A DNA stretch of 64,000 nucleotides from Alphaproteobacteria bacterium. Its GTDB lineage: Bacteria; Pseudomonadota; Alphaproteobacteria; UBA828. The notes under the pieces were generated by a model. The model made no database searches. It was not told the origin of the DNA and saw only the letters and a program-made list of their open reading frames with translations. Position numbers and translations under genes: made by a program. Of this stretch, positions 31,536-40,428 are shown piece by piece (positions within the stretch are counted from its first letter, which is position 1; each line of letters opens with the position of its first letter). Location of the stretch: contig CBDCQT010000013.1 in the NCBI GenBank assembly GCA_965220745.1, positions 928,001 through 992,000 on the forward strand, written 5' to 3'.

Positions 31536-31990
31536 GCAGGAAGGCAAACACGGCCACGGCAGAAGCGCAGGGTGCGCAGCTCAACACGGTGCGCGCGGTG
31601 ATGTCGCCGATGCCGGCGCCGATCAACGGCGTGGCCACGGTGCACGAGGCTCTCCAAGTGATGCGCGAGAACAACGTGTACTCGCTCGTGGTCGAGCGCC
31701 GTCGGCCCGGCGACGAGTACGGCATGGTCGTGATCTCCGATATCGCCAACAAGGTGATCGCGGACAACCGCTCGCCCGACCGGGTGAATGTCTACGAGAT
31801 CATGTCGAAGCCGGTGCTCACCATCAGCGCAGACATGGAGATCAAGTACGCCATCCGCCTGCTCGGCCGCTTCGGCCTGTCGCGCAGCGTGGTGGTCGAC
31901 GGCAACGAGGCGGTCGGCTTCGTCACGCTGACCGACATGGTCTTTCGCTACTACGAGCAGGAAGCGAGGCGGCAAGAGGCGAGCGGGTAG
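31532..31990 (+). CDS. Tandem CBS-domain protein
   Basis: VRAVM, ATVHEAL, DEYGMVVISDI, NVYEIMSKPV, GFVTLTDMV; ATGA overlap with the PII gene. Confidence 0.88.
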   Translation: MSRKANTATAEAQGAQLNTVRAVMSPMPAPINGVATVHEALQVMRENNVYSLVVERRRPGDEYGMVVISDIANKVIADNRSPDRVNVYEIMSKPVLTISADMEIKYAIRLLGRFGLSRSVVVDGNEAVGFVTLTDMVFRYYEQEARRQEASG

Positions 31991-32004
31991 GCCGGACGCA
32001 AGAG

Positions 32005-32778
32005 ATGACCGTGTCTGACGCAATGCCGCGGGCGGCGCTGGTCACCGGCGCCGGGGCGCGCATCGGCCGCACCATCGCCGAGGCGCTGGCAGAAGACGGC
32101 TGGGCGGTCGCGGTGCACCATCACGAATCCGGCGACGCCGCCAAGAATGTCGTCGCGGAAATCGAGGGCGCCGGCGGCCGCGCCGTGGCGCTCAGAGCCG
32201 ATCTCGCCGAAGAGGCCGAGGTCGAGACCTTGGTGACGCGCGCGACGGAGGCGCTCGGGCCGCTTGGCTGCCTCGTCAACAACGCATCCCCATTCGAGAA
32301 TGACGACCTGCAAAGCGCGAGCCGCGCGAGCTGGGATCTCCACATGGCGGTCAATCTGCGCGCGCCCTTCGTGCTGATGCAGAAGTTCGCCGCGGCGCTG
32401 CCGGACGAAGCGGAGGGCTGTATCGTCAACATGCTCGACCAGCGCGTCTGGAGCCTTACGCCGCACTTCATGTCCTACACGCTCAGCAAGGCGGGCCTCT
32501 GGACGCTCACACAGACGGCGGCGCTCGCGCTCGCGCCCCGCATCCGGGTGAACGGCATCGGCCCCGGTCCGACCCTGCCCAGCGCGCGCCAGAGTCCCGA
32601 ACATTTCGCTGCCCAATACGAAGCCACGCCGCTGAAGCGCGCCGTGGCCCCCGGCGACATTGCGGACGGCGTGCGGTTTATCCTCGCCGCGCGCGCGCTG
32701 ACGGGGCAGATGGTCGCCCTGGACAGCGGTCAGCATCTCGGCTGGGCGATGCCGCAGGGGAAAGAAATCCTCGAATGA
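32005..32778 (+). CDS. SDR oxidoreductase (pteridine reductase/FolM-like)
   Basis: ALVTGAGARIG, LVNNAS, NMLDQRV, YTLSK, RVNGIGPG; ATGA-coupled to folB. Confidence 0.85.
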   Translation: MTVSDAMPRAALVTGAGARIGRTIAEALAEDGWAVAVHHHESGDAAKNVVAEIEGAGGRAVALRADLAEEAEVETLVTRATEALGPLGCLVNNASPFENDDLQSASRASWDLHMAVNLRAPFVLMQKFAAALPDEAEGCIVNMLDQRVWSLTPHFMSYTLSKAGLWTLTQTAALALAPRIRVNGIGPGPTLPSARQSPEHFAAQYEATPLKRAVAPGDIADGVRFILAARALTGQMVALDSGQHLGWAMPQGKEILE

Positions 32779-33167
32779 GCGGGGAGACCCCAGTGCCGGC
32801 CTCGGCCGCTTCCACGCGGCGCCACCTGTTGATCCGCGACCTCGTCGTGCCCTGCTCGATCGGGGTCCACGAGCACGAGCGCCACGGCACGCAACGGGTG
32901 CGGATCAATGTCCGCGTGCACGTCACGGACGACGAACGGCCGATCGTGGACAGCATCGCCAACGTCGTCTCTTACGAGACCATCGTGGACGGCATTCGCG
33001 CCATCATCGCCGGCGGCCATATCAACCTGGTGGAGACACTGGCCGACCGCATCGTCGAGCTCTGCCTTACCAATCGTCGCGTGCGCGCTGTGTGGGTGCG
33101 GGTCGAGAAGCTCGACCTCTACCCGGATGCCGCGGGTGTGGGCGTCGAGGTGGAGCGGAGCCGCTAA
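32775..33167 (+). CDS. folB: Dihydroneopterin aldolase
   Basis: IGVHEHE, QRVRINV, VVSYE, HINLVETLA, VRVEK. Confidence 0.9.
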   Translation: MSGETPVPASAASTRRHLLIRDLVVPCSIGVHEHERHGTQRVRINVRVHVTDDERPIVDSIANVVSYETIVDGIRAIIAGGHINLVETLADRIVELCLTNRRVRAVWVRVEKLDLYPDAAGVGVEVERSR

Positions 33168-34048
33168 CCCAGCACGCGGCCGGCGACGGCGTCGAGGCGC
33201 TTCACCATTGCCGGGTCTCGGGCTTCGGGGGCCGTGATCACCGCATTCTCCAGCGCCCGGTCGCAGCCGGCGGCGCAAGGCTCGCGGCGGGCGGCGAGCG
33301 CTTCTCCCAGTGCCGCGACCAGGCGGCGGGCGGCTGCCGCGTTCTCCTGCAGTGTCCGCACGATCGCTTCCACCGTGACCGCGTCGTGGTCCGGATGCCA
33401 GCAGTCGTAGTCGGTCACCATGGCAACGGTCGCGTAGCAAATCTCCGCCTCACGGGCGAGCTTGGCCTCGGGCATGTTGGTCATCCCGATGACCGTGCAG
33501 CCCCACTGCCGGTAAAGCTCGGATTCGGCGACCGTGGAGAACTGGGGTCCCTCCATCGCGAGGTAGGTGCCGCCCTGGACGATGCTGAGACCAACGCTCT
33601 CGGCCGCCGACAGCAGCTGATCGCCGAGACGCGGGCACACCGGCTCGGCCATGGAGACATGGGCCGCGAGGCCGGCGCCGAAAAAACTCTTCTCGCGCGC
33701 GAAGGTGCGGTCGATGAACTGGTCGACGAGCACGAACTCACCGGGCGCGATGTCCTCGCGCAGGCTGCCCACCGCGCTGAGCGAGACGATGTCGGTCACG
33801 CCCGCCCGCTTGAGGGCATCGATGTTGGCGCGGTAGTCGACCGCGCTCGGCGGCAACGGGTGGCCGCGACCGTGGCGCGGCAGGAACACCATCTCGGTGT
33901 CCGCCAGACGGCCGAGGAGGAGGGAGTCCGACGGCGTACCGAACGGCGAGCGGACGTCGACCCGCTCGACCTCGCTCAGTCCCTCGATTTCGTAAAGGCC
34001 GCTGCCGCCGATGACGCCCAGGCGGACCGGGAAGGTCTGGTCGGCCAC
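33164..34048 (-). CDS. mtnP: S-methyl-5'-thioadenosine phosphorylase
   Basis: GVIGGSGLY, PRHGRGH, SAVGSL, EGPQFST, IGMTNMPEAKLAREA, VTDYDCW. Confidence 0.95.
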   Translation of the reverse strand: MADQTFPVRLGVIGGSGLYEIEGLSEVERVDVRSPFGTPSDSLLLGRLADTEMVFLPRHGRGHPLPPSAVDYRANIDALKRAGVTDIVSLSAVGSLREDIAPGEFVLVDQFIDRTFAREKSFFGAGLAAHVSMAEPVCPRLGDQLLSAAESVGLSIVQGGTYLAMEGPQFSTVAESELYRQWGCTVIGMTNMPEAKLAREAEICYATVAMVTDYDCWHPDHDAVTVEAIVRTLQENAAAARRLVAALGEALAARREPCAAGCDRALENAVITAPEARDPAMVKRLDAVAGRVLG

Positions 34049-34057
34049 GGCCGCGCG

Positions 34058-34726
34058 CTAGCCGATATGGCGTGCGAGGTGGGCGAGGGATCGGTCACGC
34101 GCGAGCGTGGCGGCCTCCGGATGATAGTCGGCCCGCTGGTCGCAGTTGAAGCCGTGGCCGGCGCCCTGATAGACGTGAACCGTGACGTCCGGGTGGGTCG
34201 TCGTGATCTCGTCCACGTCGGCCATCGGGATACCCGCGTCTTCGGTGCCGAAGTGGAGCATCGTCGGGCAGGCGGGTGTCTCGCCCACGAACTCGATGAT
34301 CTGGCCGCCGTAGTAGCCGACCGCCGCGTCGATCTCCAGGCGACAGGCGGCAAGCCAGGCGAGTGAGCCGCCCCAGCAATAGCCCACCACGACCACCTTC
34401 GATGCGCCTTCGAGGGCATCGACGCCGGCCTTGATGTCCATCACCGGGCCTTCCCAGCCGATATCGGCCTTGTGCCCGCGCCCTTCGTCCACCGTCTCGG
34501 CGCTGTAGCCGAGCTCGATTCCCGGCTCCTTCCGGTCGAACAGGCACGGCGCCAGGACGAGATAACCCTGGGCCGCGTAATCGTCGCAGACCCCTCTGAT
34601 GTGGCCGTTGACCCCAAAAATCTCCTGCACGAGCACGAGGCCCGCGCGGGGCTCGCCATCGGGCGCAGCGCGGTAAGCGTTGAGAACGTGACCATCGTCC
34701 GCAGTCAGCTGGACAACTGCGCCCAT
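34058..34726 (-). CDS. Dienelactone hydrolase family protein
   Basis: QEIFGVN, GYCWGG, YYGG, AGHGFNCD. Confidence 0.92.
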   Translation of the reverse strand: MGAVVQLTADDGHVLNAYRAAPDGEPRAGLVLVQEIFGVNGHIRGVCDDYAAQGYLVLAPCLFDRKEPGIELGYSAETVDEGRGHKADIGWEGPVMDIKAGVDALEGASKVVVVGYCWGGSLAWLAACRLEIDAAVGYYGGQIIEFVGETPACPTMLHFGTEDAGIPMADVDEITTTHPDVTVHVYQGAGHGFNCDQRADYHPEAATLARDRSLAHLARHIG

Positions 34727-34825
34727 CGTGGGTGCCTCCCTGATCCTCCATTGTGTTGCGCCCATTCGAGCGCTGGCTCTTCACATAGCAGAAGGGACAT
34801 AGGCACGCCACTCATAGGCAGGGCG

Positions 34826-35929
34826 CTACACGTTGAAGCGGAACAGCATCACGTCGCCGTCCCGAACCACATAGGAGCGTCCCTCCTGGCGCATGCGCCC
34901 GACACTGCGGGCGGCTTGCTCGCCGCCGAGCGCGATCAGCTCGTCAGCCGCGATGGTCTCGGCACAGATGAAGCCCCGCGCGAAGTCGGTGTGGATGCGG
35001 CCGGCCGCCTCGACCGCCGTGCTGCCGGCGGGGATCGGCCAAGCGCGCGCTTCCGTCTCGGTCGCTGTGAGGAAGCGGATCAAGCCGAGAAGGCGATGGC
35101 CGGCGTGGATTACCCGGTCGAGGCCGGGCTGCGCCAGCCCGAGGGCTTCGAGGAACTCGCGCTTCTCATCCGGGTCTTCGAGGAGGGCGATTTCCGCTTC
35201 GATCGCCACTGAAATGACCACCTGTTCCGCGCCGGCGGCGGTGGCATGGGCGGCGACGGCCTGGCTCATCGCGTTGCCCGTCGCCGCGCTCGCCTCATCG
35301 ACGTTGCCGACGTAGAGCACGGGCTTCGCGCTGAGCAGGTTGAGGGCCGCGAATTCGCGCGCGATCGTCTCGTCGGGCGCCTCGAACGCGCGCGCCGGTT
35401 TGCCGTTCTCGAGCAGGGCGAGCGCCGGCTCGATCGCCGAGAGCCGGTCCTTCGCCTCCTTGTCGCCACCGCGGGCGCGCTTGATCGCCGCTTCGCGCTG
35501 ACGCTCCAGACTTTCAAGGTCGGCCAGCATCAGTTCGGTCTCGATCAGCCCGATGTCGTGCAGGGGATCGACCGCACCGGAGGCGTGCGCCACCTGGTCG
35601 TCCTCGAAGCAGCGGACCAGGTGGAGCAGCGCATCGACCTCGCGCACGTGGCCCAGGAAGCGATTGCCCAGACCCTCGCCCTTGCTGGCGCCGGCGACGA
35701 GGCCGGCGATATCCACCACCTCCAGCACGCTCGGCACGACCTTGCGCGAGCCGGCGAGGCGCGCGACCTCGTGGAGCGCCGGGTCCGGCACCGGCGCGCG
35801 CCCCACGTTGGGCTCGACGGTGCAGAACGGATAGTTGCCGACCTCGGCCGCGCCGCTCGCCACCAGCGCGTTGAAGAGCGTGGACTTGCCCACATTGGGC
35901 GGGCCCACGATGCCGCACCTAAACCCCAC
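34826..35929 (-). CDS. ychF: Redox-regulated ATPase YchF
   Basis: GIVGPPNVGKSTLFNAL, NYPFCTVEPN, DIAGLV, GEGLGNRFL, DGDVMLFRFNV. Confidence 0.96.
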   Translation of the reverse strand: MGFRCGIVGPPNVGKSTLFNALVASGAAEVGNYPFCTVEPNVGRAPVPDPALHEVARLAGSRKVVPSVLEVVDIAGLVAGASKGEGLGNRFLGHVREVDALLHLVRCFEDDQVAHASGAVDPLHDIGLIETELMLADLESLERQREAAIKRARGGDKEAKDRLSAIEPALALLENGKPARAFEAPDETIAREFAALNLLSAKPVLYVGNVDEASAATGNAMSQAVAAHATAAGAEQVVISVAIEAEIALLEDPDEKREFLEALGLAQPGLDRVIHAGHRLLGLIRFLTATETEARAWPIPAGSTAVEAAGRIHTDFARGFICAETIAADELIALGGEQAARSVGRMRQEGRSYVVRDGDVMLFRFNV

Positions 35930-36599
35930 CCGACGATCCAGGCGGGGGTTTACCGCCGGCCTGCGCAGGGCTCGATCCCGGCGGCGGGGCGAGCAGCGCG
36001 ACCCGGCTCATGAAAGCACTGGCGTCGCCCGCCATGAGCAGCGGGAAGGCATCGACGATGGCGTCGAGGGTCGGGTCGAGCCAGGTCCGGTCCGACGCGC
36101 CGAAGTTGGAGAGCACGTGGCCGGTCATTCGGTCCCGATCGCCGGGGTGGCCGATGCCGATGCGCACCCGCCAGTAATCGGCGCCGATATGGGCGCGGAT
36201 GCTCCTGAGCCCTTTGTGGCCGGCGACGCCTCCGCCGCACTTGGCCCGAACCTTGCCGGCGGCGAGATCGACCTCGTCGTGCAGGACGATGACGGCCTCG
36301 GGCGCAAGGCGGTGGAAACGCATGGCGGCGCCCACCGCGCGGCCCGAATCGTTCATGTAAGTCTGCGGCTTGAGCGCGAGCACGGACTCGTCGCCGACAC
36401 GGCCCTCGGCGATCTCGCCGTGGAAGCGGGTGCGCCGCTTGAAAGCGCCGAAGCCATGCGCCGCTGCCAGCGCATCGAGCGCCATGAAGCCCACGTTGTG
36501 GCGATGCCGGGCGGCATCGGCGCCGGGATTGCCGAGGCCGACCAGCAGGCGGGAAGTAGCGCCGCCCTGGGCGGCGCGGGAGCGGCGGAAGATGCCCGT
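35919..36599 (-). CDS. pth: Peptidyl-tRNA hydrolase (start uncertain)
   Basis: LLVGLGNPG, RHNVGF, KPQTYMNDSG, HDEVDL, GHKGLRSI, RIGIGHPG. Start may be ACG 36599, a CTG near LLVG, or ATG 36641 inside rplY. Confidence 0.92.
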   Translation of the reverse strand, partial: TGIFRRSRAAQGGATSRLLVGLGNPGADAARHRHNVGFMALDALAAAHGFGAFKRRTRFHGEIAEGRVGDESVLALKPQTYMNDSGRAVGAAMRFHRLAPEAVIVLHDEVDLAAGKVRAKCGGGVAGHKGLRSIRAHIGADYWRVRIGIGHPGDRDRMTGHVLSNFGASDRTWLDPTLDAIVDAFPLLMAGDASAFMSRVALLAPPPGSSPAQAGGKPPPGSSGGV

Positions 36600-36600
36600 G

Positions 36601-37284
36601 TTAGGAGTCCTCGCTTTCCTCGGCCGGCGCGCCCTCGGCATCTTCGGCCCCTTCCTCGGCGCCTTCCTCCAGTTCCTCGCCCTCTTCGCCTTCCTCCTCC
36701 TCGACCGGCTCGACGATGACCGTGGGCGCGGCGATGGTGGCGACGGTGAAGTCCCGATCGGTGATGGTAGGCGTCACGCCCTCCGGAAGCTCGATGTCGC
36801 TGATGTGGATGCTGTCGCCGATCTCGCATCCGGTCACATCCGCCACGAGAAATTCGGGAATCGCTTCGAGCGGGCACATGAGCTCGACCTCGTGGCGGAC
36901 GATATTGAGCACGCCGCCGCGCTTCAGGCCTTCGCACTCCTCCTGACCCTCGAAGCGGACCTCCACGGAGACCGCGAGCGTCGCACCTGCGACGTAGCGG
37001 ATGAAGTCGACATGGATCGGCGCATCGCTGACCGGATCGACTTGAACGTCGCGGGCCAGAACGCGAATCACGTCGCCGTTGATCTTGAGGTCGTAGAGGC
37101 GGGCGAAGAAGCCCCGCCGGCCGATCTCGCGCTCCAGCACGTTGTATTCGAGCGAGACGGACAGCGGATCTGCGCCGCCGCCATAGACGATGGCCGGCGT
37201 GCGGCCCTCGCGCCTGAGCGCCCGCGCGCCTCCCTTGCCGCGCGGCTCGCGCGGCAGTGCCTCGATCATTGCTTCGTCACTCAT
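36601..37284 (-). CDS. rplY: 50S ribosomal protein L25/general stress protein Ctc
   Basis: GKGGARALRREG, PAIVYG, HVDF, GLKRGGVL, IGDSIHI; acidic tail. Confidence 0.96.
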   Translation of the reverse strand: MSDEAMIEALPREPRGKGGARALRREGRTPAIVYGGGADPLSVSLEYNVLEREIGRRGFFARLYDLKINGDVIRVLARDVQVDPVSDAPIHVDFIRYVAGATLAVSVEVRFEGQEECEGLKRGGVLNIVRHEVELMCPLEAIPEFLVADVTGCEIGDSIHISDIELPEGVTPTITDRDFTVATIAAPTVIVEPVEEEEGEEGEELEEGAEEGAEDAEGAPAEESEDS

Positions 37285-37318
37285 GGTTCAGGTGTCTCCG
37301 GAGTTCTGGTCGCGCGCG

Positions 37319-38251
37319 TCAATCGAAGAGGCTCGAAACCGAGGTCTCCGAGCTGATACGGAGAATCGATTCGGCCATCAACGGCGCGATTGGGAGCACG
37401 CGGATGTTGTCCGCGCTCTCCACGGCTTCGGTTGTCTGAATGGTGTCCGTCACGACCAGCGACTCGAGCTCCGACGATGAGACCCGCGCCACCGCTTCGC
37501 CCGATAGCACCGCGTGAGAGACATAGCCGTGGACCGCCTTCGCACCCGCTTCCTTGAGTGCCGCAGCTGCGTTGCAGAGGGTCCCGGCCGAATCGACGAT
37601 GTCGTCCACGATGATGCAGCGCCGACCCTCGACATCGCCGATGATGTTCATGACTTCCGATTGGCCCGCACGCTCGCGCCGCTTGTCGACGATCGAGAGA
37701 TCGGCCTCGAAGCGCTTGGCCATGGCACGAGCCCGCAGCACGCCGCCCACATCGGGCGAGACGAACATCAGAGGCTCGTTGTTGTAGTTCAGCCTGATGT
37801 CATCGACCATCACCGGCGCCGCGTAGAGATTATCCACCGGAATGTCGAAGAACCCCTGAATCTGGCCGGCGTGCAGGTCGAGCGTGAGAACCCGATTGGC
37901 GCCGCTCGCCTCGATCAGGTTGGCGACCAGCTTGGCGGAGATCGGCGTGCGCGGCGACGATTTCCGGTCCTGCCGGGCGTAGCCGAAATAGGGCACCACC
38001 GCGGTCACCCGCTGCGCCGAGGCGCGCTTCAGGGCGTCGAGGCAGATCAGCAACTCCATCAGGTTGTCATTGGCCGGTGTCGACGTCGATTGAATCAGGA
38101 ACACGTCTTCGCCGCGCACGTTTTCGAGTATCTCCACGAAGATCTCGGAATCGGAGAAGCGGCGAATCGAGGCTCGAGTCAAACCCATGCCGAGCGCCGA
38201 CGAGATCGCCTCAGCCAGCGGCCGGTTGCTGTTCCCGGCAACGAGCTTCAT
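37319..38251 (-). CDS. prs: Ribose-phosphate pyrophosphokinase
   Basis: [47 protein letters not shown]. Confidence 0.98.
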   Translation of the reverse strand: MKLVAGNSNRPLAEAISSALGMGLTRASIRRFSDSEIFVEILENVRGEDVFLIQSTSTPANDNLMELLICLDALKRASAQRVTAVVPYFGYARQDRKSSPRTPISAKLVANLIEASGANRVLTLDLHAGQIQGFFDIPVDNLYAAPVMVDDIRLNYNNEPLMFVSPDVGGVLRARAMAKRFEADLSIVDKRRERAGQSEVMNIIGDVEGRRCIIVDDIVDSAGTLCNAAAALKEAGAKAVHGYVSHAVLSGEAVARVSSSELESLVVTDTIQTTEAVESADNIRVLPIAPLMAESILRISSETSVSSLFD

Positions 38252-38324
38252 CGATGACGGTTCCCTGGAGCGTGGATCGGGGCAAGACCCGCAGGGCCGC
38301 CCTGCTGGCCCCGAAGGCGCGCGG

Positions 38325-38353
38325 ACTGTATCAATCTGACCCTGCCCTGTAAA
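38325..38353 (-). promoter_or_regulatory. Putative sigma70 promoter of prs-rplY-pth-ychF
   Basis: TTTACA-17 bp-TACAGT on the minus strand. Confidence 0.5.
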
Positions 38354-38358
38354 CGCCG

Positions 38359-39570
38359 TTACCGAACCGTGACTGAGACCGCGATGGGCGCCTCCACCAG
38401 TATCGCATGTGCACGCGGCACCTCCGGTCGCGGCTTGAAGCGCGGCACGAGAGTTTGTCTCGATGACGGCAGGAGCGGAGCATTACTCAACACGATAGAC
38501 GGTGCAGCCGATGCGGCGGACGCTTCGATCTGCACCACGAGTGGCGCTTCGATCGGCGGCCTGGGCTGTGCTTCGCCTAACGCTCTGGGGAATGCGGCAG
38601 ACGCTTGGATTGCCAGCGAAAGCGGCGCTTCGATCGGAGCCTGGCGGGGCGGCGTTGCGGGGGCTTTCTGCCGGGGCGACTGAGCGACTCGGCGTACGTG
38701 CGGTTGATCGATCAGTTGCACGATGCCTGGCGCACCGGCACGAGCGACGAGTCGCGGCAGAACGCCCCATGTGCCGGTCAGCTGGTCCTCGCCGACGCGG
38801 TTGCTCTGGGTAACGGTGCCGAGTCTTGAGCCATCCGGATGCAGCACATCCCAGGCAATCGTGACGGTCGCGCTATCCGTGGCGGTGTCGTCCCGTGAGA
38901 CCGAGATCCAGCCCTGGATCGTCAGCCTCCCGTCTTCGGGGGCATCGGCGACGGTGACGCCGATGCGGGCGAGTGAATGCCGCATGGCGCGTGCCAACGC
39001 CATGCCTCCGTCGCCTGGGGCACCGAGAACGGTTTCGATCGTAACGGGCAGTTGGGGCGGACGGTCTGGACCAGTGGATGCCGGCGGTTTCAGCACGGCC
39101 GCGACTCGCGCGGCGGCCCGCTCAGCCACGGCGGCCAGATCGGGCGTCGGTGCGTCGCCGGTTGGCACGCCGGGGCTTGGCTCCTCGAACCGGAGAGCAG
39201 TCTCGCCGTCGGGCGCGATCAACGACCACCTCAGCTTGCCCGCGGCGACCGAGACGCGCCCGGCCAGCACGATGCTGCCTCGGCCGCCGGCGTGGGTATC
39301 GGCCGGCACGTCGCGCAGGTGCAGCGCCTTCACCACTTCGTCCACCAGTGCAGCCGATTGGTGTGCGGGCAGCCCAGCGATGGGCGGCACCAGAATGCTG
39401 CCCCAGGCGACATCTCCGGGACCCAGCCATGCTTGCGTGCTTTTGTCTGCGGGTTGGAAGGGGCGGGGCAGGTCGCCGCAGGCCGCGAGCGCCACGCACA
39501 GGATGAGGCCCAGCGCGAGTGGCATCGCCCTCCGCCAGGCGCAACGGGCCACGCTTGAGGGACGCATCAT
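38359..39570 (-). CDS. Hypothetical lipoprotein with repetitive C-terminal tail
   Basis: Lipobox LAAC followed by GDLPRPF; [14 protein letters not shown]; three IEAP-type repeats at the C-terminus. Confidence 0.7.
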   Translation of the reverse strand: MMRPSSVARCAWRRAMPLALGLILCVALAACGDLPRPFQPADKSTQAWLGPGDVAWGSILVPPIAGLPAHQSAALVDEVVKALHLRDVPADTHAGGRGSIVLAGRVSVAAGKLRWSLIAPDGETALRFEEPSPGVPTGDAPTPDLAAVAERAAARVAAVLKPPASTGPDRPPQLPVTIETVLGAPGDGGMALARAMRHSLARIGVTVADAPEDGRLTIQGWISVSRDDTATDSATVTIAWDVLHPDGSRLGTVTQSNRVGEDQLTGTWGVLPRLVARAGAPGIVQLIDQPHVRRVAQSPRQKAPATPPRQAPIEAPLSLAIQASAAFPRALGEAQPRPPIEAPLVVQIEASAASAAPSIVLSNAPLLPSSRQTLVPRFKPRPEVPRAHAILVEAPIAVSVTVR

Positions 39571-39647
39571 GAGCTCGACACCGCCAAGACGCAGCTCGCC
39601 ACCATGCCGACGAACAGCAGGACGCCGAAGATGATCACGTAGGGCAT
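39567..39647 (-). CDS. 26-aa single-TM small protein
   Basis: [26 protein letters not shown]; ATG 1 nt after the pgeF stop, and its TGA overlaps the next gene's ATG (ATGA). Confidence 0.55.
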   Translation of the reverse strand: MPYVIIFGVLLFVGMVASCVLAVSSS

Positions 39648-39648
39648 G

Positions 39649-40428
39649 TCAGGGGCCGAGAGCGACGATCGAGATATTGCGACCGTAGTCGGGCTCGCCG
39701 CGGTGGACGCTCCGGCGGTAGCTGAAGAAGCGGCCGGACTCGGCGCAGGTATCACCTCCGGTCGCCTCGACTGCCGCGAGGCCGAAGTTGCCCAGGCGAC
39801 GCGCAACATAGCCCACGATGTCGAAGAAGAAGTGCCCGTCGCGATTCGCCGGTGCGAACAGGTCTTCGTCCTGCGCGTTGCGAGCCAGAAACGGCGCCGG
39901 GAACTCGGGCCCGACCTCGTAGGAGGCCGCCCCGATGGAGGGGCCGATCACGGCCCGCGTCTCGCTCGTCCGCGCGCCCAAGCCCAGCATGGCCTCGACT
40001 GCAGCCTCCAGGACTCCGTTCAGCGCGCCGCGCCAGCCGGCGTGGGCCGCGCCGATCACGCCGGCCTCGCGATCCGCCATCAGCACCGGCACGCAATCGG
40101 CGGTGAGGATCGCCAACGCGAGACCGGGCGTCGCCGTCGCCATCGCATCGACTCGAGGCGCATCCTCCCGCGCCCAAGGCGCGGTTACCACAAGCGCTTC
40201 GGCACTGTGTACCTGATACGCGGTGCAAAGAGTTGCGGGTGAGAGCCCGCAGGCAGCGGTGACACGCGCCCGGTTCTCGCGCACCGCCTCGGGATCGTCG
40301 CCTGAGCCGTAGCCGCAGTTGAGGGAGCGGTAGAGTCCCTCACTGACGCCCCCGGTGCGGCCGAAGAAGCCGTGGCGGATACGGCCGTCGGGATCATCCA
40401 ACAGCGCGTGAGAGATGGGCTCGATCAT
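39649..40428 (-). CDS. pgeF: Peptidoglycan editing factor PgeF (YfiH)
   Basis: HGFFGRTGGVS, QVHS, TADCVP, AHAGWRG, YEVG, FFSYRR. Confidence 0.93.
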   Translation of the reverse strand: MIEPISHALLDDPDGRIRHGFFGRTGGVSEGLYRSLNCGYGSGDDPEAVRENRARVTAACGLSPATLCTAYQVHSAEALVVTAPWAREDAPRVDAMATATPGLALAILTADCVPVLMADREAGVIGAAHAGWRGALNGVLEAAVEAMLGLGARTSETRAVIGPSIGAASYEVGPEFPAPFLARNAQDEDLFAPANRDGHFFFDIVGYVARRLGNFGLAAVEATGGDTCAESGRFFSYRRSVHRGEPDYGRNISIVALGP

